Source: a virus | Taxonomy: Duplodnaviria; Caudoviricetes | Strand: one strand, 5' to 3' | Length of the DNA stretch: 64,000 nucleotides | IMG/VR virus record: IMGVR_UViG_3300037780_000034 | Span: 160,001-224,000 of that record | Shown here: positions 46,863 through 55,728 of the stretch, in pieces | Numbering within the stretch: position 1 is the stretch's first letter | How the letters are laid out: each line of letters begins with the position of its first letter | The notes under the pieces: model-generated | The model's database searches: none | The model's input: only the letters and a program-made list of their open reading frames with translations | Told to the model about the DNA's origin: nothing | Made by a program: the position numbers and the translations under genes

Positions 46863-47127
46863 CTGGTGAACAAATATTAATAAGTTCTGAACTAGTCAGC
46901 GTATTATCATTGTTTCCAACATATATAAGTTCTTTTTTTTCTTCGTCAGAAGTTATTTTGATCAATTTGGTTGTTGTTAATGCGCTAATAATGGATATAG
47001 TTCCCATATATACGCCCATAGATATGCCTTTTTGCTGACCTAAGCGTATTCCATTAGATTTACCATAAAAATATGAAATACCAGATATAATCAATCCTAT
47101 CAAAACTGCCATAATACTCGTTTCCAT
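46831..47127 (-). CDS. Small membrane protein
   Basis: Two hydrophobic segments; GGAG SD; upstream promoter. Confidence 0.6.
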   Translation of the reverse strand: METSIMAVLIGLIISGISYFYGKSNGIRLGQQKGISMGVYMGTISIISALTTTKLIKITSDEEKKELIYVGNNDNTLTSSELINICSPVGETNDAKTR

Positions 47128-47161
47128 AACATATCTCCATATATAAATTATTTATACTCGC

Positions 47162-47190
47162 AGATTACCAGAATCTACGAGTGTTGTCAA
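47162..47190 (-). promoter_or_regulatory. Sigma70-like promoter
   Basis: TTGACA-N17-TAATCT with extended -10 TG. Confidence 0.75.
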
Positions 47191-47214
47191 GTAAAAGTTG
47201 TAATGCGTGAAATG

Positions 47215-47538
47215 TTATAGTATCATAGATTCTATCCAAAGAGACATATCACCAATAAGAATTAATGATTGTGCATCTTGTTCATCATATAATATTAATG
47301 ATTTTTCAGATAGATAATAGGGTGTTGATAATCTTTCATTTAACAAAGTTTTTTTATATAATGAAATTGGTTCAGTTATAGGAAACACATAATTAATAAA
47401 ATCTTCACATAGAAGTTCATTTCCTTCATATGTGAGCCTTGTTCCAGAAAATGTTCCAAACAATGTTTCTTCACTAACTTCAAGGTGTGGATAATTTTTT
47501 AGAAAATAATTTACTAAGTTTTTTCTTAATTTATTCAT
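47215..47538 (-). CDS. Hypothetical protein
   Basis: 107-aa ORF overlapping the upstream stop. Confidence 0.6.
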   Translation of the reverse strand: MNKLRKNLVNYFLKNYPHLEVSEETLFGTFSGTRLTYEGNELLCEDFINYVFPITEPISLYKKTLLNERLSTPYYLSEKSLILYDEQDAQSLILIGDMSLWIESMIL

Positions 47539-47824
47539 CTTTAGAAAGTGGTGTTCCTTTTTCTAATTTATAAACAACAAAGTCGGTTGTTTGAAATTTT
47601 TTATTGAGCCTGTCTGCTAAGTTATGTGCGTGTGCTACACTTGGAAAAAAAGTTTTTCTATATTTTGGTTGCACATCATCTACATATTCACTTCCCCATT
47701 TTATACTAAAAGGGTGGCCTTGATAAAAAACAGCATATACCCCATCTACTTCTAATATTTCTTCAATTTTAAAAGAAGATGGGTCTTTTTTAGATAATAA
47801 TATTTTTGGTTTTGGTCTTGACAT
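47531..47824 (-). CDS. Conserved jumbo-phage hypothetical protein
   Basis: MSRPKPKILL...AVFYQG...KYRKTFF...HAHNLADRLN. Confidence 0.65.
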   Translation of the reverse strand: MSRPKPKILLSKKDPSSFKIEEILEVDGVYAVFYQGHPFSIKWGSEYVDDVQPKYRKTFFPSVAHAHNLADRLNKKFQTTDFVVYKLEKGTPLSKDE

Positions 47825-47872
47825 AATAAATACACCTATAATAATTTTATATATGTATTTATTATGTTTTGT

Positions 47873-48859
47873 TTATTTTTTGTATGAAGAATTTAAAAAA
47901 GTTGTAAAGTCATTTGGTCTTTCACTCATTTTAACTAAATTAAACTTTCCACAAAATTTCATAAATCGTATACCAACTTGTGTAGGCGTTTCTCTTTCAA
48001 CTGCTTCAACGATTATTTTGTCCATTTCTTCTTTAACATGTTGAGGTTGTTGTGTCAAATCAATAAGAGTTTTATTTCTGTTGTAATCATCAATGACAAT
48101 GTGTTCTTTATTGTTATGATCTGTCCAACGTTGAAGCATAAAGTTGTTCCATTCAAATCCTTTTTTGTCTTTGTCTTCAAAAGCTTGAATTATTCCAACT
48201 TTATTTTTTGTTCCATTTTTTCTAACACCTGGATATGCTGGAAATATGTTGTCACTTGTGTCGCCACGTATGCATTTTTCAAACAACACGTAATTTGGAT
48301 TTCCAATGGTCTTTTGTTTTTTTGTTTTATTATCAATTACTGGCTTGCCGTTATCATTAAACACGCCATCAATAGTAATATGTTGGTTTGCAACACCATT
48401 GTATTGTGAAACATTTTCGCTAATTAGCTGAAAAAAGTCGCTATCTGTAGACACAATAACGTGTTTTTCTTCTGGATGCAATTGAATCCATCTTGCAATG
48501 AAATCATCTGCTTCACATATAGGATGCCTTAATACTGTGCATTTTGTTTCGTTTTTAATATATTCAACAACCTCATTGAATGCGTTATTAAAGATTTCAT
48601 CTTCTTGCTTTTCTTCAGCAGACATTGCATCACGTGTTATTTTTCTGTTTTTCTTATAAGGTTCATAGAAGTCTTTTCTCCAAGACCTTCCTTCTAAACA
48701 AAAAACTACGTGCTTTCCTTCAAAGTCTCTGTATGATTTAGCAATACTTGCAAACAAAATATGAACTGCCATTCCTACTTTTAAATCTATGTCACCAGAA
48801 CGAACTACATGACGTGCACGATAAAAAAGATTTTGAGTATCAACAATAATATAACTCAT
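47873..48859 (-). CDS. rnh: RNase H / 5'-3' flap exonuclease (T4 rnh-like)
   Basis: IVDTQN, SWRKDFYEPYKKNR, EADD, STDSDF, GDTSDNI. Confidence 0.9.
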   Translation of the reverse strand: MSYIIVDTQNLFYRARHVVRSGDIDLKVGMAVHILFASIAKSYRDFEGKHVVFCLEGRSWRKDFYEPYKKNRKITRDAMSAEEKQEDEIFNNAFNEVVEYIKNETKCTVLRHPICEADDFIARWIQLHPEEKHVIVSTDSDFFQLISENVSQYNGVANQHITIDGVFNDNGKPVIDNKTKKQKTIGNPNYVLFEKCIRGDTSDNIFPAYPGVRKNGTKNKVGIIQAFEDKDKKGFEWNNFMLQRWTDHNNKEHIVIDDYNRNKTLIDLTQQPQHVKEEMDKIIVEAVERETPTQVGIRFMKFCGKFNLVKMSERPNDFTTFLNSSYKK

Positions 48860-48891
48860 ATTATTTCTTTCTGCTATGGGTGTAAAATGAT

Positions 48892-48920
48892 AATATATCT
48901 ATATAAGATGTGTTTGTCAA
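48892..48920 (-). promoter_or_regulatory. Sigma70-like promoter
   Basis: TTGACA-N17-TATATT. Confidence 0.7.
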
Positions 48921-48926
48921 CCCCTT

Positions 48927-49223
48927 TTATTCTGGAAGCGTGTCACTAATTACGCCGCGACAAAGATCATTAAACCATTGTTCAACAATTTCTTCTTCTG
49001 TTCTTCCACTATATCCAGCTTCTTTTAATTGGTTAACAAATGCAGTATTCCAATCTAATTCAAAGTAACCAGTAGATGGATTGTTTTTATCTTCCATATT
49101 AATACGAACAACATCTATCCAAGGTTCATTTGATTTATACTTGTCTTCAATCGTATGAATATTTTCATTACTTTCATCAGGCTTTTTGCCTTTTGATGAA
49201 AATATATTTTTAAGCCATTTCAT
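48927..49223 (-). CDS. Conserved jumbo-phage hypothetical protein
   Basis: EPWIDV...GYFELDWN..FVNQL..GY.G..EEEIVEQWF. Confidence 0.65.
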   Translation of the reverse strand: MKWLKNIFSSKGKKPDESNENIHTIEDKYKSNEPWIDVVRINMEDKNNPSTGYFELDWNTAFVNQLKEAGYSGRTEEEIVEQWFNDLCRGVISDTLPE

Positions 49224-49233
49224 TTTAAGTTCC

Positions 49234-49806
49234 TTATTTTTTTGGAGTCCAATGTTTTAAACATCTTGCTTCATACATTCCATTACTGCCTACATCAACA
49301 GTATTTCCAGTATCTATTAATTTTTGAGTTTTTGTAGCAGGTTGACCACATACGTCGCAATTACTTGTTAATTTAATTATTTCATCACTTATTGCAAGCA
49401 AATGTGCAGATATATAAAAAGGATTTCCAGAACTATCTTGATCTAACCCAGACACTACCACATTAATTCCACTCATAATCCATTTATTTATAATATTTAA
49501 TATTTCAGGATCAAAAAACTGTATTTCATCAAGAAATATTGTATTCATATTTTCAGCATCTTGTAATACTAAATTATCACTAAATGATACTTTTTCGTCT
49601 AAACTTCCAAGATTTAAATAATGACATTTAAATTTATGTCCTGTATGTGTTACAATTTCTTTTTCTTTGCTATATCTGTTATCAATAGAAGGTTTAATAA
49701 CCATTAAAGGTAAATTTTGATGGTTTACCCATAGTATTTTCTTTATTATTTCAGTAGTTTTTCCTGCATACATAGGCCCCATTATAGATGTTAAAGTTCC
49801 TATCAT
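49234..49806 (-). CDS. tdk: Thymidine kinase (type II)
   Basis: GPMYAGKTT, KPSIDNRY, FLDEIQFF, GLDQD, CDVC, YEARC. Confidence 0.95.
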   Translation of the reverse strand: MIGTLTSIMGPMYAGKTTEIIKKILWVNHQNLPLMVIKPSIDNRYSKEKEIVTHTGHKFKCHYLNLGSLDEKVSFSDNLVLQDAENMNTIFLDEIQFFDPEILNIINKWIMSGINVVVSGLDQDSSGNPFYISAHLLAISDEIIKLTSNCDVCGQPATKTQKLIDTGNTVDVGSNGMYEARCLKHWTPKK

Positions 49807-49833
49807 TTATTTTTCATCCTTTTTATATAATAA

Positions 49834-49859
49834 AAGTAGGCATACTAATATGCCTACTT
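49834..49859 (-). terminator. Hairpin terminator
   Basis: AAGTAGGCATA-CTAA-TATGCCTACTT, T tract on the - strand side. Confidence 0.7.
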
Positions 49860-49873
49860 AATGTATCGTGTAT

Positions 49874-50161
49874 TTACTTTTTTATCCAAGGATGGGAAAA
49901 AGTAGACACATAAATTTTTAATTTTTTTGGACTTTTTTCATTTGTTAGTTTTAACCCAACATCATACATAATACTATCATTTTTTTGTGATAGTGTTATT
50001 GTATATTCTTTCAATGCTGCATCTTTTTTTAGATCATCTAAATAAACAGAAAACTTTCGCTCTACGACTTTGGCATTGTTTTTTGTGATTACACCATCAT
50101 ATGGTTCTATGATTTTTAATAGATCATACTTGATATCACTGATAGAAATAAGGTTATTCAT
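49874..50161 (-). CDS. Hypothetical protein
   Basis: 95-aa ORF with GAGG SD. Confidence 0.6.
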   Translation of the reverse strand: MNNLISISDIKYDLLKIIEPYDGVITKNNAKVVERKFSVYLDDLKKDAALKEYTITLSQKNDSIMYDVGLKLTNEKSPKKLKIYVSTFSHPWIKK

Positions 50162-50176
50162 TTTTTCCTCTTTAAA

Positions 50177-50926
50177 TTATGTGTTAATTGATGGTAGAAT
50201 ATAGTCGTATGTTCCAATACCACTATCTATAGATATTTTTAAAACGCCTAACTCACTAACAGACATCTTACACTTTCCAGACATTCCTAGATTCAAAATT
50301 GTAAGAACTTTGCTTAATGGCCAATAAAAGTTTTCCGTATATGTTCCAGTAACATTTGTAGCAAATACTCGTTTACCAGAATAACTTGTTTTTACAGAAC
50401 CTAATGTTATGATAAGATTTCCTTTTTCAGTTTTTAACTGAAAATTCGTGTCACTTTCTCCATATATGGATGCTGCACTTTTTAATTCAGACACTTTTTG
50501 TTTTGTTGGTTCAATCTCAACATTCCATTTTGCGCCTTTAAATTTGATAGTTTTCAACCTTTGATTGATAATCTCTTTACTCATAAAGCGATATCGGTCA
50601 GTGTTTCCTTCTTGATCTTTAAAGATCAAACCATCTGGAATTGTATTTCCATTTTTTTCTCGCAATTCTACATCAACCGTAGAACCACTTGTTTTATAAT
50701 TTGATAAGTTTAAAACACCTTTTAAGAACCCAAGGTTTCCTAATCCAATTTCATCATTGATTTTAGATATAGGTGTGTGCAACTTTCCTATTAAAATTAC
50801 AGTTTTATCAACGTCAATTGTTTCTATTATAGTTTCAGTTTCAGAATCGGTAATTTTAACATTTTCAATAAAGTTTGTTGCAGTATGTTTGACTATATCA
50901 GCAACAATGTCTTTTAATTCAGTCAT
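50177..50926 (-). CDS. Putative DNA sliding clamp (gp45/PCNA-like)
   Basis: 249-aa two-domain alpha/beta size, adjacent to polB, clamp loader present in the window; no diagnostic motif. Confidence 0.5.
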   Translation of the reverse strand: MTELKDIVADIVKHTATNFIENVKITDSETETIIETIDVDKTVILIGKLHTPISKINDEIGLGNLGFLKGVLNLSNYKTSGSTVDVELREKNGNTIPDGLIFKDQEGNTDRYRFMSKEIINQRLKTIKFKGAKWNVEIEPTKQKVSELKSAASIYGESDTNFQLKTEKGNLIITLGSVKTSYSGKRVFATNVTGTYTENFYWPLSKVLTILNLGMSGKCKMSVSELGVLKISIDSGIGTYDYILPSINT

Positions 50927-50960
50927 TTAAGATAATATCTCCATTTTAAGTTATATAAGA

Positions 50961-50989
50961 ATCATAACAGAATACTTAGTATTTGTCAA
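50961..50989 (-). promoter_or_regulatory. Sigma70-like promoter
   Basis: TTGACA-N17-TATGAT. Confidence 0.75.
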
Positions 50990-50991
50990 GA

Positions 50992-52005
50992 TTAAAATTC
51001 AAACAAGTCATCAAAATTGGTTTTGTTATAGCTATCTTCAAGTTTCCATTTTAGAACTCCAATTAAATTTTTTACCTTTTTATTAATTATAGCTTCTTCC
51101 ATAGCATCCACGTCAAAAGGAAGTTCTTTAAACCAATCTGGAATTCTTTTTTCATCAATAGGAATAGCAACGCTAGTTATTCCTATTGGGTTCTTTTTAA
51201 GTTTACAAACAATAGTTTTCATACCATCTGTAATCCGCATACTGAAATTATCATTGTATAAATCCAAAAGCTGATTATAATTAATAGCTGCTCTTACGTG
51301 ACCAGGAATTCGTGCTTTTCCTTTATATATCTCGTCACCATCTTTGTCAACACCATATTCTAACTTAGAATAATGTGTTAATTTATTAACTCTTTTTGGT
51401 GTTCCTATGTCCCAAGGTTTCATTTCACGAAAAACTTTTCTAAATTCTTTTATTTTTGATATAACTTCTTTTTCGTCACTGCCTTCTAAGATCATATGTA
51501 ATATATCTTTTAAAAAGTTTTGCATAAAAGTAGGAGTATCACTTCTTTTCAAATCAAGACCCATAGCTTTTACTTTTCCGGGTTTATTGTTTATATCTTC
51601 ACGATACCCTTCGTTATCATACACCATTATAGCGTATCTTTTCTTTTTAATGAAAAGAGCAGTAGACCCAACAATTTCTCTACCTGCGGCAATCGTATGA
51701 TTTAGTCTATCTGGACTATTATGGTTTTCTCTCATATATTTTGCAAATGTTTTATTTACTTCTTCACATACTGCATCATAAAATTCTACTACAGTATCAC
51801 GATCCCAACGTATCTCACCATTTTCTATTTGATCTTTTAATATTGGATATGCAGAAAAATAACTTGAATTATGAACCATAATATTGTTTGCAAAAAAGTA
51901 TGGAGAATTTTTATTCACACCAATATCGTATACATATTCGTCATCAAATGATGATAACTCTTCAACAGTTTCCACTTCAGTTATATTATAGCTTAATTCA
52001 TCCAT
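50992..52005 (-). CDS. polB: DNA polymerase B, C-terminal half, carrying split-intein IntC at its N-terminus
   Basis: 46-aa IntC ending VHN, then S-SYF; KKRYA motif, KAMGLDLKRSD, PGHVRAAINYN. Confidence 0.92.
   Translation of the reverse strand: MDELSYNITEVETVEELSSFDDEYVYDIGVNKNSPYFFANNIMVHNSSYFSAYPILKDQIENGEIRWDRDTVVEFYDAVCEEVNKTFAKYMRENHNSPDRLNHTIAAGREIVGSTALFIKKKRYAIMVYDNEGYREDINNKPGKVKAMGLDLKRSDTPTFMQNFLKDILHMILEGSDEKEVISKIKEFRKVFREMKPWDIGTPKRVNKLTHYSKLEYGVDKDGDEIYKGKARIPGHVRAAINYNQLLDLYNDNFSMRITDGMKTIVCKLKKNPIGITSVAIPIDEKRIPDWFKELPFDVDAMEEAIINKKVKNLIGVLKWKLEDSYNKTNFDDLFEF
51868..52005 (-). mobile_element. Split intein C-fragment (IntC, 46 aa)
   Basis: Block F YVYDIGV and block G FFANNIMVHN followed by Ser+1. 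Confidence 0.92.
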
Positions 52006-53036
52006 TCTTTACATTCCTTTAATACTTTTTCTGGGTCTTTTTCAAAATCGCTCCACCAAACAATTTTAACTTCAAACCCATTATCTATTGCGGTTTTTAT
52101 TTTTAAATAATCTTGTTTCCATACTTCCGATGCTGTTTTTTTAAGATGTTTATGGTAAAAATTGGATTCATATAACAATGGATTACAATGCCAATAGTCT
52201 CCATTAAATTCAATAATTTTTTTTCTTTTTGTGCAAGTAATATCATAAAATCTTACAGAATCTGTATAATTACACCATAAGGAAAATTGTTTCGTCTTTG
52301 CAGTATATTTTATTTTTTCATCAAGCTCAAGCTCTAAATTTTCAACAAAACACATTTCAGATTTAGATGTGTGTGATTTTGATTGCCGATCTGATAAAAT
52401 AATTAATGCCTGATTGTGACTAACATCATATTTTTCCATTATACATTCAATTTTTTTTGAGTTTCCCTTTTTATTGTTATACTTCATCCACTCATCATAT
52501 CCAAAAGATTCATATATCTCTTCAAAATATTCTAATGAATTTGTATACCGTTGCCTGTCAACATAATGATTCCATATTTCCATTCCCTTGATATGGCCGT
52601 GGCGTTTTATACAATTTTCCATCGTGACTGCTCTAGATTTGTTATATTCATCAAACTCTTCTTTTGTCCATCCAAATTTTTTACTTTTATATTCAAATGT
52701 ATTTTTTACTTTATGTTTATTAGTATATTGTGTCCATCGGTTTAATCCTTCTGTTTCTCCATATCTACAAATAAATGTTTCTTTTGTATTTTTATTTCTG
52801 TTTTTCTTTAAAAATTTAAATCTGTTTATTAAATCATATATTTCATAATTTATTAAACTAATAAAAGTATTATAATTTCCTATTTTAGAAACTAGCCCGC
52901 CTTCATTAACAAGTATATAATTATATAATTTTTCTATTTCAATCAATTCATCTTCTGTAAATATTTTGTTGTTTGTTCTTTTTTTAAATTGTGTTGATTC
53001 TAAGAAATCTTTAAAAGATTTTATTTTATTTGGCAT
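51993..53036 (-). mobile_element. Free-standing Vsr-like (PD-(D/E)xK) homing endonuclease between the polB halves
   Basis: FYDITC...IIEFNGDYWH...D..K...GFEVKIVWWSD; RYG/RHG repeats; stop overlaps the IntC start. Confidence 0.82.
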
Positions 53037-53088
53037 ACCATATTTTCCTTGCTATTATATATTGTGAAGTCACGATATATAATATTTA

Positions 53089-53442
53089 TTAAAATAATGA
53101 TATAATTTTATCTCCTTTTTTTAGTTCAGTTGGTTTTTTTTCAACTAACTTATCATTTTCTAATACCATTATACTATGATCACTGGTAACTGTTACAGTA
53201 TTTCCTTCATTGTCTGTTATTTTATATTTTTTCTTTGAAACCTTATGTCTATAAACATAATTATAGTTTTCATATCTTAAATTTCCATTATTATAGTTTA
53301 TAACTTTTATTTTGTCATTTCTTGAATATTCTTTATCACCATCTTGCCAATATATTTCGCCTCTGTGAAATAATTCTTCTATAGTTATATCTTTTTGTGT
53401 TTTTTCATAATGAATTTTAATTATAGAGTCGAAAACAACCGA
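53089..53442 (-). mobile_element. Split intein N-fragment (IntN, 117 aa)
   Basis: Block A SVVFDSII directly after YCDTD; block B VTVTSDHSIM; ends KGDKIISLF*. Confidence 0.9.
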
Positions 53443-55341
53443 ATCAGTGTCGCAATAAATTACAGTATCACCTTTGTAATCATATGTTCCTGTTATTACT
53501 TCATTTACAGATGCTGCCATATGTCGGTCAATACAACGTCCAGTTAGAGTAGTGCTTTGTCCTAAACGTGCATCAAAGAATCTACTACCAACATTTAAAA
53601 GTGCTCCATAAAGTGAATTGAGTAGAATTTTTTTAACTAATTGGCGTTTATCATAGAATACAAACTTTTCATCGTCAATTCCTTTGTGTTCTTTTGCTTT
53701 TGCTTGAATTTCTTTTCGTTCTTTATACCATCGTTCCAATAATCCTGGAATTATGCCCATTATCTCAGTGGTAAAAATAGTTCCATTTGAAGTTAGCATC
53801 CACGGTTTGTTTTCTGCAAATATAATATTATATATTTCTGCACCAGTTGCTTCAATAGTAGTTCCATCTTCAAAATCAACTTTTAATAAAATATCACGGT
53901 TTTTTTCCATAACAAGTTCGTATTCACGTGTTGCAAACTTTCCGTCCCACGCCTCACTTATTTTATCAAATTTTGATAACATCTGTGCAGTTAATTCTAA
54001 ACGTATTTGACCTACTATAGTTTCAGGACTCATATTTAATGCACGCAAAATACTTGGGTAAAGTGAGTTTAAGTCAATGCTTCCTACCCATTTTTGTATT
54101 CCTTTTTTCGGTTCTGCAACATATGCACCAGCAACTGTTTCATTTTCATTTAATGATGTTTCTTCATCATCATCATCAAATGTATATACCTTTCTATCAT
54201 CGTATTCAAATCCATCCAGATCAATAGCTACGGTTTCTTTCTTTCTAAAGTCATTTTTTCTTTTTCTATCTGGAACAATCATTCCACGCTTATGTGCTTC
54301 ATTTACAATAGCTTGGTCAATTTGTGCAACTGACCCCATTGTGGTAGGCAATATAACACAGTTATCGTGTGCAATAACATTTGCTAAATCTATAAATTGT
54401 AATTTTTTATCAAGTTTAACAAGAAGTTCTACGTCTTGTCTGTTATAATCTATGAATTTTTCAAAATCATTGTTATATAATTGATCAAGTGAGCCTTCGT
54501 ATGCAATCTTTGTTTCTTTTAATTCATATTCACTTATAGCATCTAAACTATAACTATGCATTTCGTGATATGTATACTTTCTGTATAATTCTAAATAGTC
54601 AAGATGTTGACGGCCAATAAGATCGTATGTTTCATTTAATTTTCCATACATTTCATACTCACGCTTTACTGGATATTTTTCCCATAAGCATAGTTTTTTG
54701 TTGTATTCTTTTCCTAATACTCTAGTAATTCTGTTTATAAGATAAGGAATGTCGAATCCGGTGCTGTTCCATCCACTTAATACGTCAACATCAGCTATAA
54801 GTTCAAGAAATGTAATTAATAATTCTTTCTCATTTTCCATAAGATAAGAATTTGGAAATTTTTCCATAATGAGGGTTGCATCATTTTTGTCAAGTGTGTT
54901 AGGCTTTACAGCTAAACAAAATGTTTGATTTAAATGTGTAAGATGCAAAGCAACTGCAGTTATCGGATTAAATGGGTCTTCTGGTGGAGCAAATCCTAGA
55001 CGCTTATTGAAATCTACTTCAAGGTCAAAAAATCCTATATTTAAGTTAGGAACGTCTGCATTAGTATAATGTTCTTCTAAAAATCTAAAAAGTGGATTTA
55101 TGTCACTTTCATAAAGTTTTTTTGAACTGTGTATTCGTTTTTCTTTATTGAATTCTTTTTTGTTATCACATACTACTTTTGTCAGTGGTTCACCGAAAAT
55201 AGATTTATATTTTCCTTTTGTATCCGGATAATAAAAAACATACTTAGCAGGATGTTCAAAAAAATGCTGTTTTCCCTTTATACGTTCTACTACATATATT
55301 TTATCTTTTTCCCTATCAAAATAGGCATCAGTATAACTCAA
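53089..55341 (-). CDS. polB: DNA polymerase B, N-terminal half (exonuclease, motifs A/B, YCDTD), fused to split-intein IntN
   Basis: FDLEV, GWNSTGFDIPY, YSLDAI, DLNSLYPS, KILLNSLYG, YCDTD; TTG start with GGAG SD. Confidence 0.93.
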   Translation of the reverse strand: MSYTDAYFDREKDKIYVVERIKGKQHFFEHPAKYVFYYPDTKGKYKSIFGEPLTKVVCDNKKEFNKEKRIHSSKKLYESDINPLFRFLEEHYTNADVPNLNIGFFDLEVDFNKRLGFAPPEDPFNPITAVALHLTHLNQTFCLAVKPNTLDKNDATLIMEKFPNSYLMENEKELLITFLELIADVDVLSGWNSTGFDIPYLINRITRVLGKEYNKKLCLWEKYPVKREYEMYGKLNETYDLIGRQHLDYLELYRKYTYHEMHSYSLDAISEYELKETKIAYEGSLDQLYNNDFEKFIDYNRQDVELLVKLDKKLQFIDLANVIAHDNCVILPTTMGSVAQIDQAIVNEAHKRGMIVPDRKRKNDFRKKETVAIDLDGFEYDDRKVYTFDDDDEETSLNENETVAGAYVAEPKKGIQKWVGSIDLNSLYPSILRALNMSPETIVGQIRLELTAQMLSKFDKISEAWDGKFATREYELVMEKNRDILLKVDFEDGTTIEATGAEIYNIIFAENKPWMLTSNGTIFTTEIMGIIPGLLERWYKERKEIQAKAKEHKGIDDEKFVFYDKRQLVKKILLNSLYGALLNVGSRFFDARLGQSTTLTGRCIDRHMAASVNEVITGTYDYKGDTVIYCDTDSVVFDSIIKIHYEKTQKDITIEELFHRGEIYWQDGDKEYSRNDKIKVINYNNGNLRYENYNYVYRHKVSKKKYKITDNEGNTVTVTSDHSIMVLENDKLVEKKPTELKKGDKIISLF

Positions 55342-55362
55342 TTTACGTTCTCCAATTATAAT

Positions 55363-55390
55363 ATAATGAGAACATTTCTGTTCTCATTAT
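55363..55390 (-). promoter_or_regulatory. Hairpin in the polB leader (terminator or translational operator)
   Basis: ATAATGAGAACA-GAAA-TGTTCTCATTAT on the - strand, about 8 nt before the SD, no clear U tract. Confidence 0.5.
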
Positions 55391-55407
55391 AAATCTATTT
55401 AAGTTTA

Positions 55408-55665
55408 TTAGTTGTTTACTGTTACTATTTCTAGTAATGATTCTAATTCATCAAATTCGTCACGTTGTTTTTGTGCTTCTGCTTTGTATGCTACTTTAAT
55501 TGCTTTGCGAATCAAGGCTGGTTTTAAATCTAACTCTTCTGCAACTGCTTTAATAGTATCGTTTAATCCACCTTTTAGTGCTTCTACTTCGCCAGACACG
55601 TGAACACCTTCTGAAATAAGTTGTTTAATTTTTGTTTTTTCACTATCACTAAAAATTCTAGACAT
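55408..55665 (-). CDS. Small DNA-binding protein, T4 DsbA/GapR-like
   Basis: 85 aa helical; IKAVAEELDLKPALIRKAIKVAYK pattern; AGGAG SD. Confidence 0.55.
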   Translation of the reverse strand: MSRIFSDSEKTKIKQLISEGVHVSGEVEALKGGLNDTIKAVAEELDLKPALIRKAIKVAYKAEAQKQRDEFDELESLLEIVTVNN

Positions 55666-55694
55666 AGATTCTCCTATAAGTTATTTGAGTAATA

Positions 55695-55723
55695 ACTATA
55701 GCAGAACCTACTATAAGAGTCAA
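55695..55723 (-). promoter_or_regulatory. Sigma70-like promoter of the dsbA-like/polB operon
   Basis: TTGACT-N17-TATAGT. Confidence 0.7.
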
Positions 55724-55728
55724 GGAAA

